Of a DNA stretch of 64,000 nt, positions 10,268 through 19,614 are shown piece after piece. Position 1 is the first letter of the stretch. Each line of letters opens with the position of its first letter. Made by a program: the position numbers and the translations under genes. The stretch is taken from NCBI GenBank assembly GCA_018818885.1, contig JAHIRB010000007.1, forward strand, positions 18,357-82,356, in the 5' to 3' direction. The stretch is from Patescibacteria group bacterium. GTDB taxonomy: Bacteria; Patescibacteriota; Patescibacteriia; Buchananbacterales; SURF-54. The notes beneath the pieces are model-generated. The model was not told the DNA's origin and made no database searches. It worked only from the letters and a program-made list of their open reading frames with translations.

Positions 10268-10888
10268 TTAATCTTTAATTAATGGTACAAAAACAAATCC
10301 TGGAAAAATTTCTTCGTCGTACTTGTTTTTGTCTGTTTTGACTACCAAACGTATATCTTGATTAGCAGTCGGTATTACTAACCTTCCATTGACAACTAGC
10401 TGTTCTTTTAAAGCATTTGGCACTTCTTTAACTGCTGCAGACACAATTATCCTATCAAAAGGTGCATATTTTTTCAAGCCTTGGTATCCGTCAAAATTAT
10501 AAAACTCAACATTATTGAATTTATATTTTGCTACATTGTTTTGCCCAAATTCATTTAATTCTTTAATCCTTTCGATTGCATAGACTTTTCCTGACTTTCC
10601 TACTATATTTGCGAGCATGGCAGTTGTCCAGCCAGAGCCAGAACCTACATCTAATATTTTTTGACCTTTTCTTGGTTGCAAATTTTCAAACATAAAAGCA
10701 ACTGTTAAAGGTTGCGAGATTGTCTGGCCATGTCCAATTGGTAAAGGTGAATTCAAAGTTTCTTGACCTTGTAATTCTTGCGAAATAAAATCTTTACGTT
10801 TGACCGTTCTGAAGGCTTCGATAATTTCTGGACTCTTTAAATAGCCTTGGGAAATTAATTGATTAATTAAATTTTGCATACTAAACAA
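10268..10888 (-). CDS. pcm: Protein-L-isoaspartate O-methyltransferase
   Basis: GQTISQP, LDVGSGSGW, APFDRIIV, FVFVPL. Confidence 0.94.
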   Translation of the reverse strand: MFSMQNLINQLISQGYLKSPEIIEAFRTVKRKDFISQELQGQETLNSPLPIGHGQTISQPLTVAFMFENLQPRKGQKILDVGSGSGWTTAMLANIVGKSGKVYAIERIKELNEFGQNNVAKYKFNNVEFYNFDGYQGLKKYAPFDRIIVSAAVKEVPNALKEQLVVNGRLVIPTANQDIRLVVKTDKNKYDEEIFPGFVFVPLIKD

Positions 10889-11702
10889 CTAAATATAGTG
10901 TAATCAAAATTACAAAACCTAAAATTATTCTATAAAGCGCAAAAACTTTTAAGGAATGGCTAGACAAAAACTTTAAGAAATATTTTATAGTAAAAAATCC
11001 AGTTACTGTGGCTGCTACAAAACCTATCAAAATTATTAACCACTGATTTAGATCCATGGCTTGACAATTTAGATCTAATACTTTCTTTATACCTGCACCA
11101 AAGACAATTGGCATAGAAAGTAAAAACGAATACCTGGCAGCAGCATCTCGTTTAAGTTTTTGGCTTAAACCTGCTATAATTGTAATACCAGATCTTGAAG
11201 TGCCAGGTATTAGTGCGATTACTTGAAAAATACCAATCAATATTGATCCCCAAAACCCAAGCTTATCTAAATCATTAATTTTCTTGCTAAGTTGATCAAA
11301 AAGATAAAGTATCAGTCCAACAGCAATAAGCATAAAAGCTACTATGATTGAACCACGAAACATTAATTCGATTTGGGTTTCAAAAAAATACCCAGCAATG
11401 GCTGCGGGTATAGTACCAATTAATAAAAACCACGAAAGTCGTTGATCAATATTATTTTTCAAATCCCATTTAATGAAACTTTGAAAAAATGCACTAATCA
11501 AATCAATGACATCTTTATAAAAAAATAATAATAATGCTAACAAAGTTGCAAGATGCAGTGCAACATCAAAAAATAAATCATCGGCTAATCTAAAGCCGAA
11601 AAATTCATGAAATAATACTAGATGTCCAGAACTAGAAATTGGTAAAAACTCCGTCAGACCTTGTAACACTCCGGCTAAGATTGCAAAAATATAATTTGAC
11701 AT
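10881..11702 (-). CDS. uppP: Undecaprenyl-diphosphatase
   Basis: QGLTEFLPISSSGHL, PGTSRSG. Confidence 0.96.
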   Translation of the reverse strand: MSNYIFAILAGVLQGLTEFLPISSSGHLVLFHEFFGFRLADDLFFDVALHLATLLALLLFFYKDVIDLISAFFQSFIKWDLKNNIDQRLSWFLLIGTIPAAIAGYFFETQIELMFRGSIIVAFMLIAVGLILYLFDQLSKKINDLDKLGFWGSILIGIFQVIALIPGTSRSGITIIAGLSQKLKRDAAARYSFLLSMPIVFGAGIKKVLDLNCQAMDLNQWLIILIGFVAATVTGFFTIKYFLKFLSSHSLKVFALYRIILGFVILITLYLVV

Positions 11703-11744
11703 AATTAATTAGAAATTAAAAATTGAAAATTAGTAATTATTTCT

Positions 11745-12191
11745 ATGGACTATCTAGTACTCATTATACCAATTATCGTTGTTTTTGCCACTCAAATTTT
11801 AAAACTTTCTATTGACGGCATCAAAGGAAACCTCAACTTTAGAAATCTTTTTTTAACTTATGGAGGGATGCCTTCTAGCCATACTGCTATTGTTACATCT
11901 TTGACAACTGTAGTCGCTTTAGTAGAGGGTTTAAGTTCTGCCGTTTTTGCGGTTGCAGCTATATTTAGTTTTATTATTATTCGTGATGCTTTTACATTTA
12001 GAAAACATTTAGAAGATAAGTCCAGAATTGTAAATCAGCTTGTGAAAAAATTACCAGAATCAGAACAAAAAAAATATCCTACGTTACCAAATGATTTAGG
12101 ACATACAGTTTCTGAGGTAATAGTAGGAATTGTTTGGGGATTTTCTTTAACTGTATTGCTTAACTGGCTAATCACCAATTACTTATATTAA
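11745..12191 (+). CDS. Divergent PAP2 family protein (DUF212)
   Basis: GGMPSSH, GHTVSEV. Confidence 0.9.
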   Translation: MDYLVLIIPIIVVFATQILKLSIDGIKGNLNFRNLFLTYGGMPSSHTAIVTSLTTVVALVEGLSSAVFAVAAIFSFIIIRDAFTFRKHLEDKSRIVNQLVKKLPESEQKKYPTLPNDLGHTVSEVIVGIVWGFSLTVLLNWLITNYLY

Positions 12192-12216
12192 TTAATTAAC
12201 GAATGCCATATTTTGC

Positions 12217-12304
12217 CGGAATGACACACTTTTTCGCCAGAGGCGAATCATACTCAGGCTGAAGTGTGTTAAAAACGATAACAGTCTAAAGACTGTCAAT
12301 CCGG
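12217..12304. repeat. CGGA-type REP doublet, copy 1 of 88-bp direct repeat
   Basis: Matches 12927-13014 with one mismatch; two hairpins bounded by CGGA...TCCG. Confidence 0.9.
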
Positions 12305-12362
12305 CTCTATTGTTACCAACGATAACAGTCTACCTTCGAAAAGTTAAGGTCAAAAAAGACTG

Positions 12363-12914
12363 TCAATCCGGTGGGGTTTTGGTAAAATCTATCACTGAAT
12401 ACTCTTCAAACACAGATAAGATCCATTCTTTTCCGTATTTCTTTAAATAATAATTATAACTTGAAAATTTATAACTTTCTAGCTGATCAAGGCTTCTAAC
12501 ATAATCATGTTTTATAGGATTGCAATGAATATAATTGAAACGTGTCCAGAAGTCTTTTTCTGATTCTAGAATAGTATCATGATATTGATGCCATACTTTT
12601 CTACCTCGTTTATCGTCTAGACTATTCACAAGAAAAGAACTCTTTCCATTAATCAACTTAGTAATTTTTTTCAAATTATCTTTATTCTTAATTCTACAAT
12701 TTAAATGATAATGATTTCTTAAAACAACCCATGCTAACAAATTTTCATTACATTCATCAAATGCATTCTTAATACATTCTGATAATATTTCTCTTTTTTT
12801 GTCACTATGAAAATAATTAAATTCCTTATAGGTTCTTGCTGTAATAAAATATTGAGTATTATCTAAATATATATGAGGTAAACGGTGTATATTTCGTTTT
12901 TTTGGATAATGCAT
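12363..12914 (-). mobile_element. REP-associated tyrosine (HUH/Y1) transposase, RAYT
   Basis: YFIT, WVVLRNHYH (HUH), YHD, YIHCNPIKH; flanked by palindromic repeats. Confidence 0.9.
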
Positions 12915-12926
12915 AAAAAATCTTGT

Positions 12927-13014
12927 CGGAATGACACACTTTTTCGCCAGAGGCGAATCATACTCAGGCTGAAGTGTGTTAAAAACGGTAACAGTCTAAA
13001 GACTGTCAATCCGG
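12927..13014. repeat. CGGA-type REP doublet, copy 2
   Basis: Direct repeat of 12217-12304. Confidence 0.9.
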
Positions 13015-13129
13015 TGGGATCACTGACAATACTTGCCGACTTTTTTTGTAATATGAATAATGTCACAGATTCCTTTTGTTGTTAATGTAAAAGTTTTGCT
13101 ATATACCATGAAATTATGCTTATTCTATC

Positions 13130-13173
13130 TGTCATCCCGAGCATAATATAAAATAACAAAGGTCGAGATGACA
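13130..13173. repeat. Degenerate TGTCAT...ATGACA palindrome
   Basis: TGTCATCCCGA...TCGAGATGACA; ends shared with the 17327, 18045 and 53957 elements. Confidence 0.55.
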
Positions 13174-13185
13174 ATAATGATTAAG

Positions 13186-14052
13186 TTATTTTTGACAAAC
13201 GTCACAAAAATGCGTACCACGCGCGTTTAATTGTATCTTTCTTATAACCCCCTTACAGCCCTGTCTTTTGCATTTTTGACCTTTACGTCCATAAACTTTA
13301 AGAAACGGCACCATCCCGCCAACTGTGCCATCTGTTCTGACATAATTATTAGCGGATGTCCCTTTCTTTAAAATTGCAAACTCCAAAACTTTGGGTATAC
13401 ATCTATGTAATTTTTTAATTTCTTCTTCTTTTAATGTTTTGACAATCCGCATGGGTTTAATATTTGCACAAAAACAACTTTCATCTGTATAAATATTGCC
13501 CAATCCTGCAATTAAAGCTTGATCTAATATTACTTGCTTGATTTTTCGATTTGGATAGTGCATTAATTGTGCCTTGAATCTTTCGTAAGTAAAATCATTT
13601 TTTAGTGGTTCAAGCCCAAAAGAGTTTCTAACTAAAAGATATAGCTTGTCATCTACCAATCTTACCCAACCAAATTTTCTAACATCATTAAAAAATAGTT
13701 TTGATCCATCAGAAAATGTAAAGATGATATGAGAAAACTTGTTCGGTAGATGTCCTAAATTTTTTATTGAATGTCCACCAGAAATTGTTTTACCGATTTT
13801 TGGAACATAGACTAGTTGTCCTGTCATTTTTAGATGAAACAATAAAAAATTGTGGCCATATAAATCCACAACTATTAATTTTGCTCTACGATAAACGTGT
13901 TTAATTTTCTTACTGCGGACTTTTCGTACAAACTCGCTTATCGGTAAATTTACCATCTTTGCTACTTTTATTTCTACATTTATGATGGTTTTGTTTTTGA
14001 TTTTAGAATTCAATTCACGTCTAATTGTCTCAACCTCTGGCAATTCCGGCAT
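13186..14052 (-). CDS. mutM: Formamidopyrimidine-DNA glycosylase
   Basis: MPELPEVE, HLKMTG, GLGNIY, C-terminal zinc finger. Confidence 0.96.
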   Translation of the reverse strand: MPELPEVETIRRELNSKIKNKTIINVEIKVAKMVNLPISEFVRKVRSKKIKHVYRRAKLIVVDLYGHNFLLFHLKMTGQLVYVPKIGKTISGGHSIKNLGHLPNKFSHIIFTFSDGSKLFFNDVRKFGWVRLVDDKLYLLVRNSFGLEPLKNDFTYERFKAQLMHYPNRKIKQVILDQALIAGLGNIYTDESCFCANIKPMRIVKTLKEEEIKKLHRCIPKVLEFAILKKGTSANNYVRTDGTVGGMVPFLKVYGRKGQKCKRQGCKGVIRKIQLNARGTHFCDVCQK

Positions 14053-14126
14053 GGCGTTAAAATTTACAATTTAATTATTGAAATTTGTTTGGGATTTGGG
14101 ATTTGGATATTGGGATTTGGAATCAA

Positions 14127-15659
14127 CTACTCATACTCCACAGTAGCTGGTGGTTTTTGTGTTATGTCGTATAAAACGCGGTTAACTTCTTTTACCTCGT
14201 TAACAATTTTACTTGAAATCTTAATTAAAGTTTCATATTTAAATTTATACCAATCAGCTGTCATAAAATCTTCTGTTGTCACAGCGCGTAAACTTACAAT
14301 ATATTTATAGGTTCTGGCATCACCCATTACACCAACTGATTTAGCTGGTAGTAACGCTGCAAACGCTTGGGTTATGTTGCTATAATCTCCAGATTTTTTT
14401 AGTTCTTTCATATAAATTTCATCTACTGCTTGCAGGATTTTAATTTTTTGAGATGTTATATTACCTAAAATTCTTACAGCTAAACCTGGACCTGGAAAAG
14501 GATGACGATATATGACGTCTTTATCAAGTCCTAAATCTAGACCTAATTCTCGAACTTCGTCTTTATATAAATCTTGTAATGGTTCGATGATTTTAAAATG
14601 TAGTTTTTCTGGCAGAGTTAAATTATGATGGCTTTTAATTTTATCAGCCTTATTAGAACTGGCAGCTGATTCAATTCTATCAGGATAAATTGTTCCTTGT
14701 GCAAAATATTTAATATGCTCTTTTTTAGAAATTTTCTTACCTTCAGTTTCAAATACCTTAATAAAAGTATGTCCAATTATTTTTCTTTTCTTTTCTGGCT
14801 CAGTTACTCCTTTTAGTCTATTCAAAAATAAATTTCTAGCATTTACTACTTTAAAATTTTTAATATTTAATTTTTTGTAAATCTTTCTTATTTCTACAGT
14901 TTCATTTTTTCTCATTAAACCATGATCTACAAATACACAATACAAATTATCTCCTACTGCCTTATGAATTAATGCAGCAACTACGGTTGAATCTACTCCG
15001 CCAGAAGAACCAAGCAAAATTTTATTATCTCCAACTTGTATTTTAATTTGTTCAATTAAATCTCTGGATAGGCTTTTTACTTTCCAAGTCTTTTTTGCTT
15101 TGCACACACCAAAGACAAAATTTGCAAGTATATCCTTGCCGCGTTTAGTATGAACTACTTCTGGATGAAACTGCACACTATACATTTTCTTATTTGTATT
15201 TTCCATCGCAGCAATTGGACAGCTTGGACTTGTAGCAGTTCTAATAAATCCTTTTGGTAATTTTGATACAATGTCATAGTTTGAAAACCAAGTTTGCTGT
15301 TTTCCCTTAATTCCTTGAAATATTTTTCCTTGCTTTGTTACTTTTATAAAATACCTGCCAAACCTACCAACTTTTCCTGGTTCAATTTTAATATTAAAAA
15401 AATCAGCAATAAGCTGATGTCCATAACATATTCCCAAAATTGGAATACTCATTTTAAATATTTCTTTTTTAACTTGAGGTGAACCTTTACCGTAAACGGA
15501 TGCAGGGCTACCAGAAAAAATAATGCCATCTGGTTTTAGTTTCTTGAGTTGCTTGCTAGATACATTGTGTGGCAAAATTTCAGCATAAACACCGAGTTCT
15601 CTAACTCGGCGGGCAATTAGGTGAAGATATTGTGATCCAAAATTTAATATAACTATCAT
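14127..15659 (-). CDS. guaA: GMP synthase
   Basis: GICYG, QFHPE, SGGVDS, HPFPGPGL, KPPATVEYE. Confidence 0.97.
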   Translation of the reverse strand: MIVILNFGSQYLHLIARRVRELGVYAEILPHNVSSKQLKKLKPDGIIFSGSPASVYGKGSPQVKKEIFKMSIPILGICYGHQLIADFFNIKIEPGKVGRFGRYFIKVTKQGKIFQGIKGKQQTWFSNYDIVSKLPKGFIRTATSPSCPIAAMENTNKKMYSVQFHPEVVHTKRGKDILANFVFGVCKAKKTWKVKSLSRDLIEQIKIQVGDNKILLGSSGGVDSTVVAALIHKAVGDNLYCVFVDHGLMRKNETVEIRKIYKKLNIKNFKVVNARNLFLNRLKGVTEPEKKRKIIGHTFIKVFETEGKKISKKEHIKYFAQGTIYPDRIESAASSNKADKIKSHHNLTLPEKLHFKIIEPLQDLYKDEVRELGLDLGLDKDVIYRHPFPGPGLAVRILGNITSQKIKILQAVDEIYMKELKKSGDYSNITQAFAALLPAKSVGVMGDARTYKYIVSLRAVTTEDFMTADWYKFKYETLIKISSKIVNEVKEVNRVLYDITQKPPATVEYE

Positions 15660-16091
15660 AATAAAATTATATGGATTTTTGCAATATATTACTATCCATG
15701 AAATTACTCGATCGCTTCAAATGAACACAATGTGCCCCTTTGAAGCTCACTCGTAATTATATAAAAATTTTGACAAAAAGAAAAGGGGGCTTCTGGAATT
15801 TAATCCATATCGCCCCAATTTCACCCAATTATTTCCAGCGGCTTGGGCGGCCGGGATGGACTTTTTGCGTCTTGCGCATAGTCCTGCCCTGCATTCGGGC
15901 TAATAACGCTAATTATAGCGCCTGGTAGTCTCAAGTTACATCAAATCATAATTAGGTTTCTGGCTTGAGGTACAACATTCCCTCCTTTCAGCATTTTTGG
16001 TTGATCACGGTCGAACAATTAGCTTACCCGCTGCACAAGTAATATGGTGTTGCTGCAGGCAAAGTGCAAACACCTTATTACGCTTCCTTCC

Positions 16092-16619
16092 TTAATTGAT
16101 CTTCATTTTGCTGCTCACAACAGCAGTAAGCTTGCACCGTGCCGATTCCCAGATTTCTTCCCAGCAGTCAAATACTGCTGTCCAACAATGCGGTCGTTTT
16201 CCTGACCAATCAAATCCGGTCACTCGCCAACGAAGGTATGTCTGACAGAATTCTGCTTTCCAGAATTGTCCACCCGGAATGACAATACCTACCTCTGAGT
16301 AGAAAATCATCTTACCTTTATTGGTGTAGGGTTTTGGAATTATTAAGCCGGTCATGAATTCAATCTCGGCTTTTTTCAAGCGTTCCCCCAACACACGTAT
16401 GTCCTCGCAGACAACACATACCATTTTGCGCATTACTTGAGGAGTACTTCCCTTACGAGAAGAAGGCGGACAGAAGTATACATCCAACTGTCCATTTCCG
16501 TTTTGACAGGCTCTTTGAAATCTAACCATGAGCCTTTCAGGTATGAGGAATACTGGCAGTGTTCTTTTCTTTGCCATTTGTATAAACTTGGCTGGTGTTT
16601 TTTTATTAACTAGATTCAT
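16092..16619 (-). CDS. Orphan hypothetical protein
   Basis: ORF with own TTGACA promoter near 16740 and a G-rich SD-like sequence; start uncertain. Confidence 0.6.
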   Translation of the reverse strand: MNLVNKKTPAKFIQMAKKRTLPVFLIPERLMVRFQRACQNGNGQLDVYFCPPSSRKGSTPQVMRKMVCVVCEDIRVLGERLKKAEIEFMTGLIIPKPYTNKGKMIFYSEVGIVIPGGQFWKAEFCQTYLRWRVTGFDWSGKRPHCWTAVFDCWEEIWESARCKLTAVVSSKMKIN

Positions 16620-16782
16620 TATGAGCCTGCCCCCTTTCAAAACAACATTGGTTTAGATCCTTAAATAAACTACAGGTTTACTTAAAGATCATTGTCAAAA
16701 TACTAACCTTAAATCATAGCATAAAAACAAAAAAATGTCAAATGGTATGACATCTTTTTTGCTTATTTTATTTAAAAATTAT

Positions 16783-17316
16783 CTATTCCAGTACATATTC
16801 CCACCCAGGCTGCCATTGCCACGGATCTGTTAAAACCTTTTCAAGAGAATACCCTTTTATCCAGTGCTCCAAACCATATTGAGTTACTCTATGCCCTATT
16901 ATCATAATCTTCTTGTCTTGATAGTCTTTATTTAAGTCATCAAAAAAACTTTTCATTCTTTCCATGCACTCTTGATAACTTTCCCCGATAGGGAACGGTT
17001 GATTAATATATTTTGATCTTACTTTGTTTACTTCTTCATTGGGGTGATGTTCTAAATCCCCGTAATCACATTCACGTAATCTTTTATCTTTTATAATTTT
17101 GAAATCTCTATTCTTAAAAGCTATTTCTGCAGTATTGTAAGATCTTTTTAGATTAGAACAAAAGATAGCGTCAAAGTGTTCATTCTTGTAACGCTCTCCT
17201 AATTCTTTAGCTTGTTGTTGTCCTAGTTCAGATAGCTCAACATCATCTAACCCAGAAGCTAATCCTTTCTCATTATCGAGACTTGTGGCATGTGATTCAA
17301 AAATTATCGTAACCAT
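16783..17316 (-). CDS. Histidine phosphatase family protein
   Basis: ESHATS (variant RHG), LRECDYG, GES, IIGH. Confidence 0.88.
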   Translation of the reverse strand: MVTIIFESHATSLDNEKGLASGLDDVELSELGQQQAKELGERYKNEHFDAIFCSNLKRSYNTAEIAFKNRDFKIIKDKRLRECDYGDLEHHPNEEVNKVRSKYINQPFPIGESYQECMERMKSFFDDLNKDYQDKKIMIIGHRVTQYGLEHWIKGYSLEKVLTDPWQWQPGWEYVLE

Positions 17317-17326
17317 ATTATTATAT

Positions 17327-17455
17327 TGTCATCTCGACCGTTATTTATTTATTTTATGCGAGTGGAGAGATCTCACCCCAAACTTCTTGAAAGGTGTGAG
17401 ATTCTCCGCCAGAGGCGGATCTGCCTATGGCATGACTCGACAAGCTCGGAATGAC
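17327..17455. repeat. TGTCAT-type REP doublet with nested GGCGGAT palindrome
   Basis: GTCATCTCGA...GAGATCTC / GAGATT...TCGGAATGAC, with a ~30-bp insert at 17405-17435. Confidence 0.7.
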
Positions 17456-17460
17456 TAAAA

Positions 17461-18027
17461 TTAACTAACTTGCTTAATTAGTTTCTTTGTTAATTCTATT
17501 GGCAAACCTTGCACACTATCAATTGTTCCTTCTATCTTAATTACATGATCCGCAATATCTGCATATGCCATGTTATACCCCCCAGCAAAAGTATAAACGA
17601 CTTTATCCTTAGCTATCTTTTCGATTTGATCATCAGAAAATTTGCTAAACCATAGCTTAGCAATGTCAATTCCCTCTGCTGTTTTGCCAGTTTTGGTATT
17701 TGTGGTTATTACAGATGTTACGGTTTGTACAGGATATTTTTCATAGCTTTGTAAAAATTTTCTAACCTCTGCTTCGTTTTCTGGTTTTTCTCGTATCTCG
17801 CCATCACAAACTCCCACTTGGTCAGATGTAATTAAAATTGCATCTTCTTTTATTTTTGGTAAAAGCGCTTCTGCTTTGGCACGACCTATTTTTAAAACTA
17901 GCTGTTTTGGGTCTTCATCACGAATGGCTTTTTCGTCAATTCTTGGAATCATCACTTCAAAATCATAACCCATACTTTCTAAAACTTTTTTGCGCCAAAA
18001 AGATTGTGAACCGAGAATTATTTTCAT
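17461..18027 (-). CDS. maf: Maf family nucleoside triphosphate pyrophosphatase
   Basis: IILGSQS..R, IDEK, ITSDQV, EKP, AGGY, VQGLP; start MKII at 18027. Confidence 0.93.
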   Translation of the reverse strand: MKIILGSQSFWRKKVLESMGYDFEVMIPRIDEKAIRDEDPKQLVLKIGRAKAEALLPKIKEDAILITSDQVGVCDGEIREKPENEAEVRKFLQSYEKYPVQTVTSVITTNTKTGKTAEGIDIAKLWFSKFSDDQIEKIAKDKVVYTFAGGYNMAYADIADHVIKIEGTIDSVQGLPIELTKKLIKQVS

Positions 18028-18044
18028 AATATTATCTATCCTCT

Positions 18045-18139
18045 TTGTCATTCTGAACACGTTCGTTACACTCAGTGTAAACTCCGTGAATAATCTCAGC
18101 TTAGATCCTTCAGTCGTTTACACTCCTTCAGGATGACAA
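18045..18139. repeat. TGTCAT-type REP doublet
   Basis: TTGTCATTCTGAA...TTCAGGATGACAA terminal inverted repeat. Confidence 0.75.
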
Positions 18140-18159
18140 GTTAAGCACCATGACATTTC

Positions 18160-18321
18160 TTAAAATTGTTTCTGTAAAGCTATTATTGCAATAATAATCG
18201 CACCTAATGCAATTAAATTAGCGACTGCGGCCATCCAGAAACTCCAAGTTTTCCATTCTGGTTTTTTCATCACTCCGGCAATAGCTACAAGTGATTCTTG
18301 GCTTTTTTCTTTTAATCCCAT
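18160..18321 (-). CDS. Small membrane protein
   Basis: 53 aa from MGLKEK, C-terminal hydrophobic helix. Confidence 0.55.
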   Translation of the reverse strand: MGLKEKSQESLVAIAGVMKKPEWKTWSFWMAAVANLIALGAIIIAIIALQKQF

Positions 18322-18374
18322 AATTTTATTAAAATGAATTGTAACCTTTATTCCACATGACACTTTTAATCTTA

Positions 18375-18887
18375 TTAGCCCACAGAAATCTTATCTATCT
18401 TATCCTGAATATACCTTGAAAAATATCCTCTATATTTTTTTTGTAGTGTTTTCTTTTGCCAATCTTTACCAGCAATAATCTTACGACAATTTTTCTGTGC
18501 ACAGTTACATTTTGTTTTATAAATATCATTGTCTACCATTGCGTAATCAATGGTCAATTCTTCCTCTGCTTTAATATCTCGCATAGCCACAAAAGTAATT
18601 TCGCCTCGAACACCAATGTTCGGATTACATGAGTGATTTAAAAACATCATAATTTTACCGACCTCATTGCTTTTTAATGGACCTATAACAAAATCATCAT
18701 CAATTTGGAAATAGGAATCACCAATCAAATGTCTTATTCTCTGGAGAGTTTTCCAACCAATAATATGACCACCTTTGATACCGACCAACTCTCCTTTCTT
18801 AATTTGACGTATGCCAAATAATCCACGGCCTTCAATTAAACTTTTCTTTACCCTCGTTTTTGGTGATAAATAAGATTTTATATTCAT
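18375..18887 (-). CDS. SET-domain lysine methyltransferase
   Basis: GRGLF, NHSCNPN, ELTIDY, post-SET CNC...CR. Confidence 0.93.
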   Translation of the reverse strand: MNIKSYLSPKTRVKKSLIEGRGLFGIRQIKKGELVGIKGGHIIGWKTLQRIRHLIGDSYFQIDDDFVIGPLKSNEVGKIMMFLNHSCNPNIGVRGEITFVAMRDIKAEEELTIDYAMVDNDIYKTKCNCAQKNCRKIIAGKDWQKKTLQKKYRGYFSRYIQDKIDKISVG

Positions 18888-18965
18888 ATCTTTTATTCTA
18901 CATTACATAACACTTCTTATCCAAGATCTTTTTGCGAGGTTTGGATTGTGAGCCGAGGATTATTT

Positions 18966-19523
18966 TCATTTTGACTTCTCTAACAATAGATAGGGATAAC
19001 CTTTAAAATCTCTCTCAACATTTTGACAGCCATGTTGTTTTAAAAAATCAATCATTTCATCTGATTTGTGCTTAACATCTGATATTTTTTTTAAACCGAT
19101 ATATTCTACTTCGATAAAACTGCCTAAATCCTTTACAGAATCAATAGCCACTTCATAATCTTGATAAATATATACTTTCCTTACTTTATCTACGGTTATC
19201 ACTTTTTTGAGATCTAATGCTTCTAAGATTTTTTGACCAGTGTCTTTGTCATCAATTACTATTTCATACTCATCGCAATGATAAGCTTTGCCGTCTTCTT
19301 GATAATGCCAGTTTTTGTAATTAATTGTATTCTTTTCCGCTTCTGTTCTTAATCGTAGCCATTCTTTAATTGGAGTGACTTTCGTAAAATCTCGATGAGA
19401 AGGGACATAATATTGATCGACTTGTTTATTTTCAAATTGAAATTTTCCTTTTTCTATTAAAAACTCTTCCAAGTCTTTTGTATCGTTTACTTTTACTTTA
19501 ATTTCTATTTCTTGATTAGACAT
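18966..19523 (-). CDS. CYTH / class IV adenylate cyclase-like protein
   Basis: EIEIK, WLRLR, KVR, LGSFIEVE, GYP; start MSNQ at 19523. Confidence 0.9.
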   Translation of the reverse strand: MSNQEIEIKVKVNDTKDLEEFLIEKGKFQFENKQVDQYYVPSHRDFTKVTPIKEWLRLRTEAEKNTINYKNWHYQEDGKAYHCDEYEIVIDDKDTGQKILEALDLKKVITVDKVRKVYIYQDYEVAIDSVKDLGSFIEVEYIGLKKISDVKHKSDEMIDFLKQHGCQNVERDFKGYPYLLLEKSK

Positions 19524-19614
19524 ATTATTTCTTATGACACTTCTTAAATTTTTTTCGCCAAGGAGATTGTGATCCAAGAATTATTTTCATAAATTCTCTG
19601 TTACCCTTTATAAT

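Noticed and set aside
12217-13014. Repeats as a CRISPR array
   Set aside because: Only two long copies flanking a RAYT, with no regular spacers and no cas genes.
12863-13085. 66-67 aa ORFs beside the RAYT
   Set aside because: They are translations of REP repeat DNA.
13094-13116. TTTTGC.ATATA..CCATGAAATTA similar to about 15677-15706, flanking mutM-guaA
   Set aside because: Short, AT-rich and gapped; cannot be distinguished from chance.
16075-16095. GGAAGGAAGC (minus strand) resembling the SRP RNA loop
   Set aside because: The upstream CAGG and surrounding stem are missing; more likely an SD-like sequence.
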